A DNA stretch of 64,000 nt from Blastocladiella emersonii ATCC 22665 (taxonomy: Eukaryota; Fungi; Blastocladiomycota): positions 1,860,001 through 1,924,000 of the forward strand of contig JANHCV010000007.1 in the NCBI GenBank assembly GCA_025594325.1, written 5' to 3'. Numbering within the stretch: position 1 is the first letter of the stretch; each line of letters starts with the position of its first letter. A program made the position numbers and the translations under genes. The notes beneath the pieces are model-generated. The model had not been told where the DNA came from. It ran no database searches and worked only from the letters and a program-made list of their open reading frames with translations. Below are positions 23,237 to 32,843 of this stretch, in pieces.

Positions 23237-24512
23237 TCAGACCTCGACCACGAGGTTCCCGCCGCGCAGCCCGGCCCCGGCCAGCGTCGCGTCCACGTCG
23301 CGGAACTCGCGCCGCGGGAACACGTCGACGAGGAGGAACCCGAACGGCTGCACCACGCTCTCCTCCTCATCCTCCTCCTCACTACTACTCGCCCCCGCCT
23401 CCTCCGCCTTGATCTTGGCCTCAGCCCACTCGTCCGCGTCGAGATCGTCCTCGCCGAGCGGGTCGAGCGTGCTGACGTACTCGTACAGGGCGCGCACGGG
23501 GTCGGCGTCGCGGAACGCGCGGCGCACGCGCGACCCGTTGGGCAGGCGGAACTGCAGCACCGTGCGCCCAGCGGTCGCGGTGTCGGGCTCGGCGGGGAGC
23601 GACGCGCGCGCAGCCGCGCGGCGCGATTTGCGGTCGCGGAGCTCCTGCGCCAGCTCGGTCCGGCGCGCCGACTTGGCGGCCTCGGCCGCGCGCGTGGCTT
23701 CCGCGGCGCGTTCTTGCTCGCGTTGCTACATGTCCGAGGGGGTCAGTTATACGGCGGAGGTACCGAGTCACACGAAACAACGCACCCGCTCCATGTCGCG
23801 CTGCAGCGACGCCTGGTACGCCTCGTCCTGCATCGCGCGCATACGGCGGTCCGCGTCCTGCTGCTCGCGCTGGTGGCGGACCGTGGCGAGGAACAAGCCG
23901 TGGGTCTGGATCGCGTCGCGGAGCTTGGCGACGAGCGTATCGGGTGCGACCCACCCCTCGCTGCGGAACACGACCGTGGGCTTCACGACGCCATTCACGC
24001 TCTGCAAGGTGATGAGGGCGAGGAACGGGAACGCGGTCGCGCCGAGGTGCGCGGCGATCTCGAACGGCTCGGGCTGGTCCATGGGCCCAAAGTACAGGTT
24101 GACCTTGAACTCGGCGAGCAGCGCGGCGAGGTCGGGCGCGGCCAGCGACTCGCGCGCGAACCGCAGCGTGTCGTCGTGGTCGTCGCTGTGCAGGTACACG
24201 AGCGCGAGCTCGAGCTTGGCCTTGACGTCGTCAACCAGCTGCTTGTACGACCCGCGGTAGAAGGCCGGGTGTTCGGGGGTGTACAGCCGCTCGTACCGCG
24301 CCACCGCCCGCTCGTAGCCCGCCGCGGAGCCGTCCGACAGCAGCGCGTGCCGCCGCGCCAGCTGCGGGAGGAACGGGAGGAGCGTCGCTGTTGGGACGAG
24401 GGGTCAGTGCTGGGCTCGCTCGTGGGACTGCAGCGGCGTGCGTACCCAGGATGGCGTACAGCGACGTGGCAATGTGCACGGGCAGCGCCAGGACCTTGGA
24501 CATGACTCCCAT
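23237..24512 (-). CDS. FAF2: UAS + UBX domain Cdc48/p97 adaptor (FAF2/UBXD8-like)
   Basis: UAS domain FYRGSYKQL...LVYLHSDDHDDTLRF. Coiled coil RQ...QDEAYQASLQRD. UBX domain LQFRLPNGSRVRRAF...LYEYV...FPRREF...TLAGAGL. Two introns with canonical signals. Confidence 0.88.
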
Positions 24513-24651
24513 GCTGGCTAGCGGTTGCGCTGAGTTGCTCGATGCGTTTGCTTACGTGGTGGTGTGCGGAGTGGTGCCCTCGGGAGGGTTTGGGGGGAGA
24601 GAGGGCGGAACCAACGTGGCGATGGCGACCGGCGACGTGGCGCTCACGAGT

Positions 24652-24678
24652 CACCTGTTTGCGCGACGCGTCTCACAC
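24652..24678 (-). promoter_or_regulatory. Degenerate bipartite motif upstream of FAF2 (+ strand CACCTGTTT-N8-CGTCTCACAC)
   Basis: Same spacing and orientation as the strong copies. Confidence 0.4.
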
Positions 24679-24763
24679 CTTAGACCTCGCGACCATCGCC
24701 AGAGGTACCTCTGCCATCGCGCATTGAGTAACAAACCAGTCTCTACTGCATACGACAACAACC

Positions 24764-26443
24764 TCAAACGCCACGGACCCACTCGGCCGTGCGCGCGACA
24801 CTCCACCCGCGGCGGTAACCGATCTGGACGCGCTTCTCGAACTCGCCCGCCGACAGCCGCGTCGTGTGGTTGCCGAGCGCGTCGAACACGTCGGCGCTGT
24901 ACTCGAGCGGCGAGTACAGGTCCTCGATCTTGGGCTTGACGTCCTCGCGCTCGTCGTCGCTCGACATGGTCAGGTCCACCACCTCGATCACCTTGCCCGA
25001 CGCCACCTGGTTCGGATGCTGCTGCTGCGGCAGAGTCGGCGCCGGCGGTGCCGCGGCGGGCTCATTGGGAGCCAAACGGGGTGGTGTCGGGGGCGGGGAT
25101 GGCGAGGGATCCCTGGACGCGGAAACGATGCGGCGCTGAGGAGCCACGGTGCCGGTCGTCCGCCTCGCCGTGTGCCGCGACTTGCGGCGCGGCTTGGGGG
25201 GCGCGGCAAGCACTTCCGAGTCAAAGTCCTGCTCGAAGCTGTACACCGGCGTGGGAGCAGTAAACCGGCGCCGCGGCGCGACTGGTTCGAAAGCGGGTAG
25301 CGGGGGCTCCTCGACCGGTGCCGCGGCAGCAGATGCGGCAGCCGCAGCAGCCACTGCAGCCGAGGGACGGCGACCGCGCGGGACCGAATCGGCCGGTGCG
25401 TTGCGGCGCTGCCGCTTGGCCGCGCGGCCGGCGACAAACGGCTCCTCGTCGACCGGGTTCGGCGCGCCGCGGGGCCGCTTGGCCGCCATAGCGCGCGGCG
25501 TGCGGAACTTGATGAGCTCGTTGAGCGCCTCCTCGTCGGAGCCGTCCGTCATATCGGCGGCGATCCGTGCCACGTCGACGTTGTTCCCGTCAAACAGCAG
25601 CACCGCGTTCATCGTGTCGGGGGCGGCGCGGACCGTGCACTCGGCGGGGATCTGGAACGCGCCGGGCGGGCGCAAGCCCGCGCACAGGCCAATGTACTCG
25701 AGGATGCGCTTCTCGAGCGCGCGCTTGAACGCGCCGCCCGCCTCGAGCCCGAACCCGAGCTCCGGCTCAATATAGTTAACCGGGTTGAACCACGCCAGAC
25801 GCAGCACGCCCGGGTGGTCGACGCGCACCGTGTACAGCCGGACTAAGACTTCTTGCTTGGCGAAAAGCTTCATGACCGCGTCGGCGAGCAGCGCCAGTGC
25901 ATCGCGCCGCGGAATCTCGGCCGGCGCTGCGTGCTTCTTGAGGTGCTGCCACAGCGCGATCCGGACCAGTGTGCAGAGGTTGAGCTGCTCGAGCGTCTCG
26001 CACCGGTGAATCTTGGGCTTGCGGCCAGGCTGGTGCGCATCGTCATCTTCATCGGATTCGGACCCGGATGCATCGGAATCGGACCCCCACGGAGGCGACG
26101 GGGACGACGAGCGAGAGCGGGGCGGCGTGTCGACCGACGAAAGCGGAGACGCGGGCGACTGCGGCGAAGGAGGGCCCGAGCGAAAGTCTTGCGAGCTCGA
26201 ATCCGCAGCCGCACTCGGCGAAGGCAATGCTGACGTAGTAGCGAGCGCGGCGAGCGCGGCAAGGGCTGCGCTGGCACTGGCCGACGAAGAGCGACGGCGC
26301 CGCTGCTCCTGCGGTTCGTCAATCGAAGCAGGCGAGCCGTCGTCGGTATCGCTCGGGATTGTATGCACAAGGGGCGAGGCGGGAATCTCGCTGCTGCGCG
26401 AGGACGAGCGTTTGGTGCGAGTTGCAGTGGGTCGTCCGCTCAT
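24764..26443 (-). CDS. Tandem-array family member 1 (unassigned central domain, SIM, C-terminal GW module)
   Basis: MSGRPTATRT; CETLEQLNLC; AFQIPAECTVRAAP; VIEVVDLTMSSDDERE; YSADVFDALG...YRRGWSVARTAEWVRGV. Central domain is ~30 aa shorter than in its siblings. Confidence 0.8.
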   Translation of the reverse strand: MSGRPTATRTKRSSSRSSEIPASPLVHTIPSDTDDGSPASIDEPQEQRRRRSSSASASAALAALAALATTSALPSPSAAADSSSQDFRSGPPSPQSPASPLSSVDTPPRSRSSSPSPPWGSDSDASGSESDEDDDAHQPGRKPKIHRCETLEQLNLCTLVRIALWQHLKKHAAPAEIPRRDALALLADAVMKLFAKQEVLVRLYTVRVDHPGVLRLAWFNPVNYIEPELGFGLEAGGAFKRALEKRILEYIGLCAGLRPPGAFQIPAECTVRAAPDTMNAVLLFDGNNVDVARIAADMTDGSDEEALNELIKFRTPRAMAAKRPRGAPNPVDEEPFVAGRAAKRQRRNAPADSVPRGRRPSAAVAAAAAASAAAAPVEEPPLPAFEPVAPRRRFTAPTPVYSFEQDFDSEVLAAPPKPRRKSRHTARRTTGTVAPQRRIVSASRDPSPSPPPTPPRLAPNEPAAAPPAPTLPQQQHPNQVASGKVIEVVDLTMSSDDEREDVKPKIEDLYSPLEYSADVFDALGNHTTRLSAGEFEKRVQIGYRRGWSVARTAEWVRGV

Positions 26444-26577
26444 GGTTGCTGCTGCGATTGCATTCGATTCACATTCATGGAGAGCTGAGGAAGTCAGCGG
26501 GGCCCGGCCGGTCAACAAGCAATTTCAGGGGTTCCCAGTGAGCAAGGCCGGTGCCACACATGCGCACCGCAACACAT

Positions 26578-26604
26578 CACATGATAATGCGTCGCGTCTC
26601 GCAC
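26578..26604 (-). promoter_or_regulatory. Bipartite motif upstream of member 1 (+ strand CACATGATA-N8-CGTCTCGCAC)
   Basis: One mismatch to the consensus, 8-nt spacer, ~135 bp upstream of the ATG. Confidence 0.6.
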
Positions 26605-27326
26605 CCTCGGTTGCCGCGCGATGCATGCTCGCACTACTCGAAATGTCTATGCAATGGTCTCCACTATGATAGAACTGACTTTAAGTATCGTCTCAAGCTT
26701 GTGTGCTGCAGGCCGGCACAGTCGACGGCGTGATCTCTGTCCAAGGAAAACTCTTTCGTCGGCTTGATGACAGTTCGTGACAGTTCTCTTCCTGTGATAT
26801 GATGGCAGTTCAGGACTGTCGTCGTCCTGCGAGACGCCGCAGTGACTTCAGTGGGCGTGCCACAGCGGCCACGAGCAACAGTCATTGTGACTGTAAAACT
26901 CATGGAAGCTTACCTGAAAGGGCCTTTTTCATCAACGAAGCATCTATTTTCTTTGTCCGCTCTGTGATTCCAGTAAGTACGTGCCGGTTGATGGGCGGGT
27001 GATGGTCGTCGTGACACGCTGGTCGCAACACGGGTCGGCTGCCTTTTGACTTGGATATCTCACGATTTCCTGGACTCCTTTCAAATTTACTATGACTATG
27101 AGGTTCAATGACCTCGAATCTCGGCTCAGGACATTACGGAAAGCTGGTATTCTTCGAGTTCGCTTGCATTCGCTGTGTCGCGCTCCGCGACGCGTCGATG
27201 GAGCAGCTTCACCCTCTCCGACCGACCTCTCGCTACCATGACCGCCGATAAGCTCAAAAAGTCCGCCTAGAGTGGTTGGTATCAGAAAAGGAATAAATTA
27301 ATACATCTCGGTTGTGGTACACGAGC

Positions 27327-29033
27327 TCAAACTCCGCGGATCCACTCGGCCGTCCGCTCGACACTCCATCCGCGTCGGAACGCAATCTGGATACGCTTCT
27401 CGAAATCGCCCGTCGACAGCCGCGTCGTGTGGTTCCCGAGCGCATCGAACACGTCGGCGCTGAACTCGAGCGCCGCGTCCGCGCCCTCGACCTTGACCTT
27501 GACGACGACGGGCGGCGGGGCGTCGCTGCTGCTGTCCGTGAACTGGTTGGGTTCTGGGCTGTACTGCTGGTACGATGGTACCGTTTCCGGTGCAGCGGAC
27601 GACGCGCGCGAGGTGGATGCCGACTGCGGTCGCGGGCGCGGGCGCGGAGGTACTGGCGCTGCTGCACGCGTGGACGACGAGGCGACCGTACGCGGCGCTG
27701 GCACCTCGACTGGACGCCGAGACGCACGGCGTGGTGGCGGAGGAGCAGCAGCAGCGAAATCGGAAGAGTCGAGGTCGAAGATGGACTCGGGCGCGGCGGA
27801 CCGGCGTCGGCGCCGCTTGGTCGCGGGCGGCAGCGGCGGGCGGCCGGGGCGAAAGTCGGGGTCGTTGTCGTCGTCAATGACGTACGCGGCCGCCACAGCG
27901 CAGACGCGGGAGCGTTCCTCGGCGGTCAGCGCAGCATAGACGGGGAGCTCCTCCTTGACGCGGACTGGGCGGGCATCGCGGGCGTCGTCAGCGGCAGCGT
28001 CCTCGTAGTAGTAGCGCTTGCGCGACGCCTGGACCTTGAGCAGCTCGCCGACCGTGTCGCCGTCGGTCTCGTCGAGCACGGCGGGCTTGACGCGCAGGGC
28101 GTCGAGCTCGCAGCTGTACTCGAAGACGCCGAGCACGCTCTCGGGCGCGTTGCGGACCGTCAGGTCGGCGGGGATGTGGAAGATGCACGGCTCGAACATC
28201 TCGGCGCACGCGTGGATGTAGTGGTCGATCTTGGCGTCGAGGGCGGCGGCAAACTGGGCCGCGCGCCAGCGCAGGACGCCGAGCGTGGACTCGAGGAACT
28301 TTTCCGGCATGCGCCACTTGAGCTGCAGCGTGCCCGGGTAGTCGACGCGCGTCGTGTACATTTTCACCTGCACGCCGGGCAGCTCGAGGAGCGCCGTGAC
28401 CGCGTCGCTCAGCAGCCGGCGCGCGCGGTTGTAGTCGACGGGCGAGCGCAGGCCCCAGTACTTGCCGTCCACGTCCTGCACGGGGAACGACGCCTCGCGG
28501 TACGCCTTGTCGGCGTCGGGCCCCTTCTCGCGCAGCGCACGCAGGTGGTGCCACACGGCGACGCGGAGCAGCGTGTAGAAGTTGAGGTCCTCGACCGTCT
28601 CGCAGCACAGCCCGTCGTACGACGTCTCGGGCGACTCGTCGTCCTCCTCGTTGGGCGACCCGGGTTCGGCGGGCGCGTCTGCTCTTGACTCGGGTCTCGA
28701 GTCCGAGTCGGGCGAGGAAGTGCGGCCGTTCGGCGGCGTGCTGATTGACGACAGCGACGAAGCCGGCGAAGCCGATTCGGGCGAGGCGGGCACCGTCGCG
28801 GGCGCCGAGGTGGTGCGCGAGGTATCCGGCGGCGTCGGGGGCGACACCGTCGTTGCGAGGGCAGCGGGTACAGACGACGCGCGAAGCGGCTCCATGTTCA
28901 GGGAGAGGCCGCGGCCGAGGCCGTCGGGCGTGCGGGACCGCGGGCGGGTGGAGTCAAGGCCGGCGCTGTTGCGGGAAGCGGGACGAGGTGCGTGGCGGAG
29001 TTTGGTCCGCGTTGCAATAGGTCGCTCGACCAT
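27327..29033 (-). CDS. Tandem-array family member 2
   Basis: 568 aa; MVERPIATRT; CETVEDLNF; LRVKPAVLDETDG; FSADVFDALG...FRRGWSVERTAEWIRGV; no VIDLT SIM. Confidence 0.85.
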   Translation of the reverse strand: MVERPIATRTKLRHAPRPASRNSAGLDSTRPRSRTPDGLGRGLSLNMEPLRASSVPAALATTVSPPTPPDTSRTTSAPATVPASPESASPASSLSSISTPPNGRTSSPDSDSRPESRADAPAEPGSPNEEDDESPETSYDGLCCETVEDLNFYTLLRVAVWHHLRALREKGPDADKAYREASFPVQDVDGKYWGLRSPVDYNRARRLLSDAVTALLELPGVQVKMYTTRVDYPGTLQLKWRMPEKFLESTLGVLRWRAAQFAAALDAKIDHYIHACAEMFEPCIFHIPADLTVRNAPESVLGVFEYSCELDALRVKPAVLDETDGDTVGELLKVQASRKRYYYEDAAADDARDARPVRVKEELPVYAALTAEERSRVCAVAAAYVIDDDNDPDFRPGRPPLPPATKRRRRRSAAPESIFDLDSSDFAAAAPPPPRRASRRPVEVPAPRTVASSSTRAAAPVPPRPRPRPQSASTSRASSAAPETVPSYQQYSPEPNQFTDSSSDAPPPVVVKVKVEGADAALEFSADVFDALGNHTTRLSTGDFEKRIQIAFRRGWSVERTAEWIRGV

Positions 29034-29147
29034 GATTCATGAGCTGCGTAGGATGGGGTGTGCGGGAAGGGAGGGAGAGCGCGCCCCGGTTGCCAAGTCA
29101 AGTCGCGCACGCGCGCGCTGGCTGAAACGCGGGCCCGGCCGTCGAGT

Positions 29148-29174
29148 CACGCCTTTTCGCGACGCGTCTCGCGC
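29148..29174 (-). promoter_or_regulatory. Degenerate bipartite motif upstream of member 2 (+ strand CACGCCTTT-N8-CGTCTCGCGC)
   Basis: Spacing is conserved; the E-box half is degenerate. Confidence 0.35.
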
Positions 29175-29239
29175 GCTCTCCTCCCCGTCGGCAATCAACC
29201 TTGCCCGGGAGAGAAACAGCTTCCAACCAGAATATAGCC

Positions 29240-29352
29240 GGATCGGATCTCGCCTAGCCGCTCGGCCGTCCGCGACGCGATCCTGCCGCGGTAGCAGTCC
29301 GCGACGCGATCCTGCCGCGGTAGCGCGATCCGGACGCGCTCCTCGAACTTAC
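29240..29352 (-). pseudogene. Isolated relic of the family C-terminal module, with a 28-bp tandem duplication (29268-29295, 29297-29324)
   Basis: Minus strand reads KFEERVRIA...YRGRIASRTAERL, compared with consensus EFEKRVRIAYRRGWSVARTAEW. Confidence 0.5.
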
Positions 29353-29425
29353 ACTTTGGTACTCGCGTCGCGGCGGCACGGCTGCGACAGGATCAGACAG
29401 GGAAACGGGAGAGGAAACAGTTGCA

Positions 29426-30856
29426 TCAATCGAAAGGGACGCACTCACGTGAGAGAAGACCGCTCGTGCATGCGGATCCACTTGGCCGTCCGCGCCGCGC
29501 TCCATCCGCGGCGGCCGTCTTGACGTGGGTCACAAATTCGCCATCCGGGACCCGCTGCGCGTGCTCGCCGAGCGCGTCAAACACGTCTGCACTGAACTCC
29601 TTCTCGGGGTCCAGGCCCTGGAGCACTTCGAGCTTGGGCTTGATGTCCTCGTCGTCGTCCGACATGGTCAGGTCGATGATCTCGGTCTGCTTGGCCTGTT
29701 GCGGACGCGCCTCGGGCTTCTTGATCCCACCAAGCGGTTCGTAGCCCGCGGCGCGGGACGGTCCCGAGTTGAGCTGCTGTGGCCGTGGTACCAATGGTGT
29801 CGCGGATCGCGGCCCGGGACTCGAACGTGAGGGCGAGTGTACGTCCTCGCGCGGGCCTTCTGCACCTGGTGTGCGCCGTGGCCGAAGTCGCTGGGGCATG
29901 AGTTCGGCCTCGGAATCGGATCCGTCGTCCACGTCCCGGCGATTCCGTTTCCGGGGCACGTTGGTCTGCAAGGGCTTGACGATGGATTCCGCGACCGTGT
30001 CGTCCTCGATATCCCCGTCGAGCGCGGCGGGCGCGACACGCAGCAAATGGGGATCGCCGCTGACCTCAAAGAGGGCCAAAATGTGGTCAGGAGCTTTGCG
30101 CACTCGGTTGATTGCTGGGATGCGGAAGACAGCGGGCTCGGCCATGTTGCAGCAAGCGCGGATGTACCAGTTTAGCTTGAAGTCAAGCACGGACGCGAAC
30201 TCGTTGGCCCGCCAGTCGCCACGGATTTTGAGAGTCTCGCTCATCTTCTCGTTGAGTTTCCGCATCACGGCCATGAGCACAGCGCTCTGGCTCTTGGAAT
30301 TTGCATTGACGTAAAGCTTGACGAGGGCACCCGATTCCTTGGGGAGCGCCATGATAGCATCACGGAGCAGCTTGCGCGCGCGAGCCAAGTCGGCGGGATC
30401 TGCCAGAACCCGCTGCCCGTCGTCGTCGACCTTGGTGGCGAACGACACCTCGCGGTACGCGCGGTCGGCGTCGGGGTCGCTCCTGAGTTGCTCCCCCACG
30501 GCGATGCGGAGTAAGCGACAAAAATTGGAGTCGTCGACCGTCCTGCAACGCTGGCCCGCCTTGGCGGTCCCGAGCAAGCCCAGGTCGGGGAGCGTGCGCT
30601 CCGCTTCCGATTCAGACCCGGAGCTCGGCTTGGAAGCGGGCGGGGGCACGGAGCGCTCGATGGGGGAGGAGGGCAAGGAGCGCTCGGTGAGCGAGGAGGG
30701 CTGCGGTGGCGAGTCCGGGCTTCCGTCGCCGCCGCCGCCGGGGGAGCTCGGCGCAGCGGCACCGAGTTCGCTGCCAGCGTCGTCGTCGCTGGGCACGGCG
30801 GGCCCGGCGCTCAAGCGCCTAGTACGAGTTGCAGTAGGTTTCCCGGACGTTTTCAT
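29426..30856 (-). CDS. Tandem-array family member 3, frameshifted in the last helix
   Basis: MKTSGKPTATRT; central domain close to member 4; EIIDLTMSDDDED. About 4 bp are missing near 29512, which moves RRGWSAARTAKWIRM out of frame. Confidence 0.8.
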   Translation of the reverse strand: MKTSGKPTATRTRRLSAGPAVPSDDDAGSELGAAAPSSPGGGGDGSPDSPPQPSSLTERSLPSSPIERSVPPPASKPSSGSESEAERTLPDLGLLGTAKAGQRCRTVDDSNFCRLLRIAVGEQLRSDPDADRAYREVSFATKVDDDGQRVLADPADLARARKLLRDAIMALPKESGALVKLYVNANSKSQSAVLMAVMRKLNEKMSETLKIRGDWRANEFASVLDFKLNWYIRACCNMAEPAVFRIPAINRVRKAPDHILALFEVSGDPHLLRVAPAALDGDIEDDTVAESIVKPLQTNVPRKRNRRDVDDGSDSEAELMPQRLRPRRTPGAEGPREDVHSPSRSSPGPRSATPLVPRPQQLNSGPSRAAGYEPLGGIKKPEARPQQAKQTEIIDLTMSDDDEDIKPKLEVLQGLDPEKEFSADVFDALGEHAQRVPDGEFVTHVKTAAADGARRGRPSGSACTSGLLSRECVPFD

Positions 30857-30933
30857 ATGTTGCATACGCAAAGGTGAGGCGACGGGAGGAGCGAGGCCGA
30901 GCGCAGGGTGAGACAAACGAATTATGGCCGACC

Positions 30934-30960
30934 CACGTGATAAATCAACGCGTCTCGCAC
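30934..30960 (-). promoter_or_regulatory. Bipartite motif upstream of member 3 (+ strand CACGTGATA-N8-CGTCTCGCAC)
   Basis: Perfect match, ~80 bp upstream of the ATG. Confidence 0.65.
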
Positions 30961-31250
30961 TGTATCCGCAACGCGCCTCACACGCGAGTCTACTCTATCG
31001 AGAGCGACTTGCTCCAAAAATGATTCCGGATTGAAGGAACTATACATTTCGTAGGCGCGAACGCGGATGCTCTACTCGCAACGAAATGCGGCGTGGACGC
31101 TCCCTCAGTGCTCGTGACGATCCCACGCACCGACGCAAACACGAGGCACGATTAATGGAGTGCTCGAGAGAGTTACTTTCAGGAGGACTCGTGTTCGGAA
31201 ACAGTTGCGTGTATTAACAAGTACATTCATGCGCGACAGAACCGCTCGGC

Positions 31251-32546
31251 TCAGAGCATGCGGATCCACTCGGCCGTCCGAGCCTTGTCCCAGCCTCGGC
31301 GGAACGCCGTCTTGATGCGCTTCCCGAGCTCGCCCGGCGGGACCCGCTTCCGATCCTCGCCAAGCTCTTCAAACACGTCGGCGCTGAACTCGGTCTCGGG
31401 ATCAAGGCCGGGGAGCTTCTCGACCTCTGGCTTGACGTCCTCGTCGTCTGACGTGGTCAGATCAACGACCTCGGTCGCCTTGGTCTGCTGTGCATGCGTG
31501 CCGGGCCCCTCGGCCCCGCTGGTCGGCGTGCGGCGCACGGAACGGGATGGTCCCGCATCGAGCTGCTGCGGCCGCGGTGCTGCGAGTCGCGAACTGGGTG
31601 TAGAGCGAGAGGAAGCGGGCTGGCCAGCGCCCGGACCTGGGCCTGCACGTGCCGCGTGCCGGGGCCGGAGGCGCCGTGTCACCGAGTCGGCCTCGGCACC
31701 GTCCTTGGGCTCGTCGCTCGTGTCCTGGCGCGTCCGTTTCCGTTTCCCGGACACACCCTTTTGCTGGGCCTTGACGAGATCGGCGACCACGTCTTCATCG
31801 TCCCCGTCAAGGACAGCGGGCGCGACGCGCAGCGAGTGGAGGTCGTCGCTGGTGACCTCGAAGACGCCAAGAATCTGCTCCGGCGCCTGACGCACCCGAT
31901 GATGCGCGGGGATGCGGAACGCGCAAGGCTCGGCCATGGTGCAGCAAGCGCGGATGTACCAGTCGAGCTTGGAATCAAGCACTGCCGCAGACTCGTCGGC
32001 CAGCCAGTCGCCGCACACGTTGAGAATCTGGCCCATCTTTTCGCCGAACTTCATCTTCACGAGAAGAAGCGTCGAGTGGCGGTTCGGATTGCCCTCGGCG
32101 TACATTCTGACATGTCCTGCACCAATTTCCTCGACGAGCGCCATGAGAGCATCACGGAGCAGCTGGCGCGCGCGAGCCAAGTCGGCGGGATCTGCGAGCA
32201 CGCGCTGCCCGTTCTCGTCGACCTTGGTGGCGAATGACGCCTCGCGGAACACGCGGTCGGCGTCGGGGTCGTTTTCGAGTTGATGCCACGCTGCGACTCG
32301 GAGCACGAGAGAAAAATTGATATCCTCGAGTGTCGCACAGGCCTGGTTCCCGGCCCCGATCTCGCGCGAGCCCAAGTCGGGCAGATCGCGCGCCGTCTCG
32401 GATCCAGGCTCGGATTTCGGCGGCAAGTCGAGGTCAGGTGCGTCGCCTTCGTCGCTCGGCGAGGTCAGCGCGGCGCCGTCGTCGCGCGGGTCGGTGGGGA
32501 CGGCGCTCACGCGCCTAGTGCGAGTTGCGGTAGGTTTCGTGGACAT
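31251..32546 (-). CDS. Tandem-array family member 4
   Basis: 431 aa; MSTKPTATRT; GKRKRTR; EVVDLTTSDDEDVKPE; AFRRGWDKARTAEWIRML. Confidence 0.85.
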   Translation of the reverse strand: MSTKPTATRTRRVSAVPTDPRDDGAALTSPSDEGDAPDLDLPPKSEPGSETARDLPDLGSREIGAGNQACATLEDINFSLVLRVAAWHQLENDPDADRVFREASFATKVDENGQRVLADPADLARARQLLRDALMALVEEIGAGHVRMYAEGNPNRHSTLLLVKMKFGEKMGQILNVCGDWLADESAAVLDSKLDWYIRACCTMAEPCAFRIPAHHRVRQAPEQILGVFEVTSDDLHSLRVAPAVLDGDDEDVVADLVKAQQKGVSGKRKRTRQDTSDEPKDGAEADSVTRRLRPRHAARAGPGPGAGQPASSRSTPSSRLAAPRPQQLDAGPSRSVRRTPTSGAEGPGTHAQQTKATEVVDLTTSDDEDVKPEVEKLPGLDPETEFSADVFEELGEDRKRVPPGELGKRIKTAFRRGWDKARTAEWIRML

Positions 32547-32674
32547 TTTTCATACGATTCATGCGCTAAAGTGGGGCGGCAGGGAGGGGGAGAGGCAAAA
32601 CGCTCGCTTGGGCGGCGGTGCCGCGGCGACGCCACAAGCGCAGGGCGTGACAACATGAACTCCTGAACTCGGTT

Positions 32675-32701
32675 CACGTGATAAACTGATGCGTCTCGCA
32701 C
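32675..32701 (-). promoter_or_regulatory. Bipartite motif upstream of member 4
   Basis: Perfect CACGTGATA-N8-CGTCTCGCAC on the + strand, ~130 bp upstream of the ATG. Confidence 0.65.
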
Positions 32702-32843
32702 TGCTTCGGCGTCGAGCCCGAAGCCTGTGGCCGCCCTGCGAGTACCGCTCGCACCCGATTCACTCACCAATGCCGCCGAGCAGTTTGTTAGCAAAACAAG
32801 CGTGTATAGAAGCGCAACATCAAGGCAACAAACTCTTGCCCAC

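Noticed and set aside
27040-27110. Short similarity HDFLDSF (27061, +) versus HGFLDSF (~52570, -) between two lower-GC intergenic regions
   Set aside because: Only ~20 bp with several mismatches and no extendable frame by eye, so compatible with chance.
29268-29324. 28-bp direct repeat as a possible CRISPR array
   Set aside because: Only two adjacent units with no spacer, in a eukaryotic context with no cas genes.
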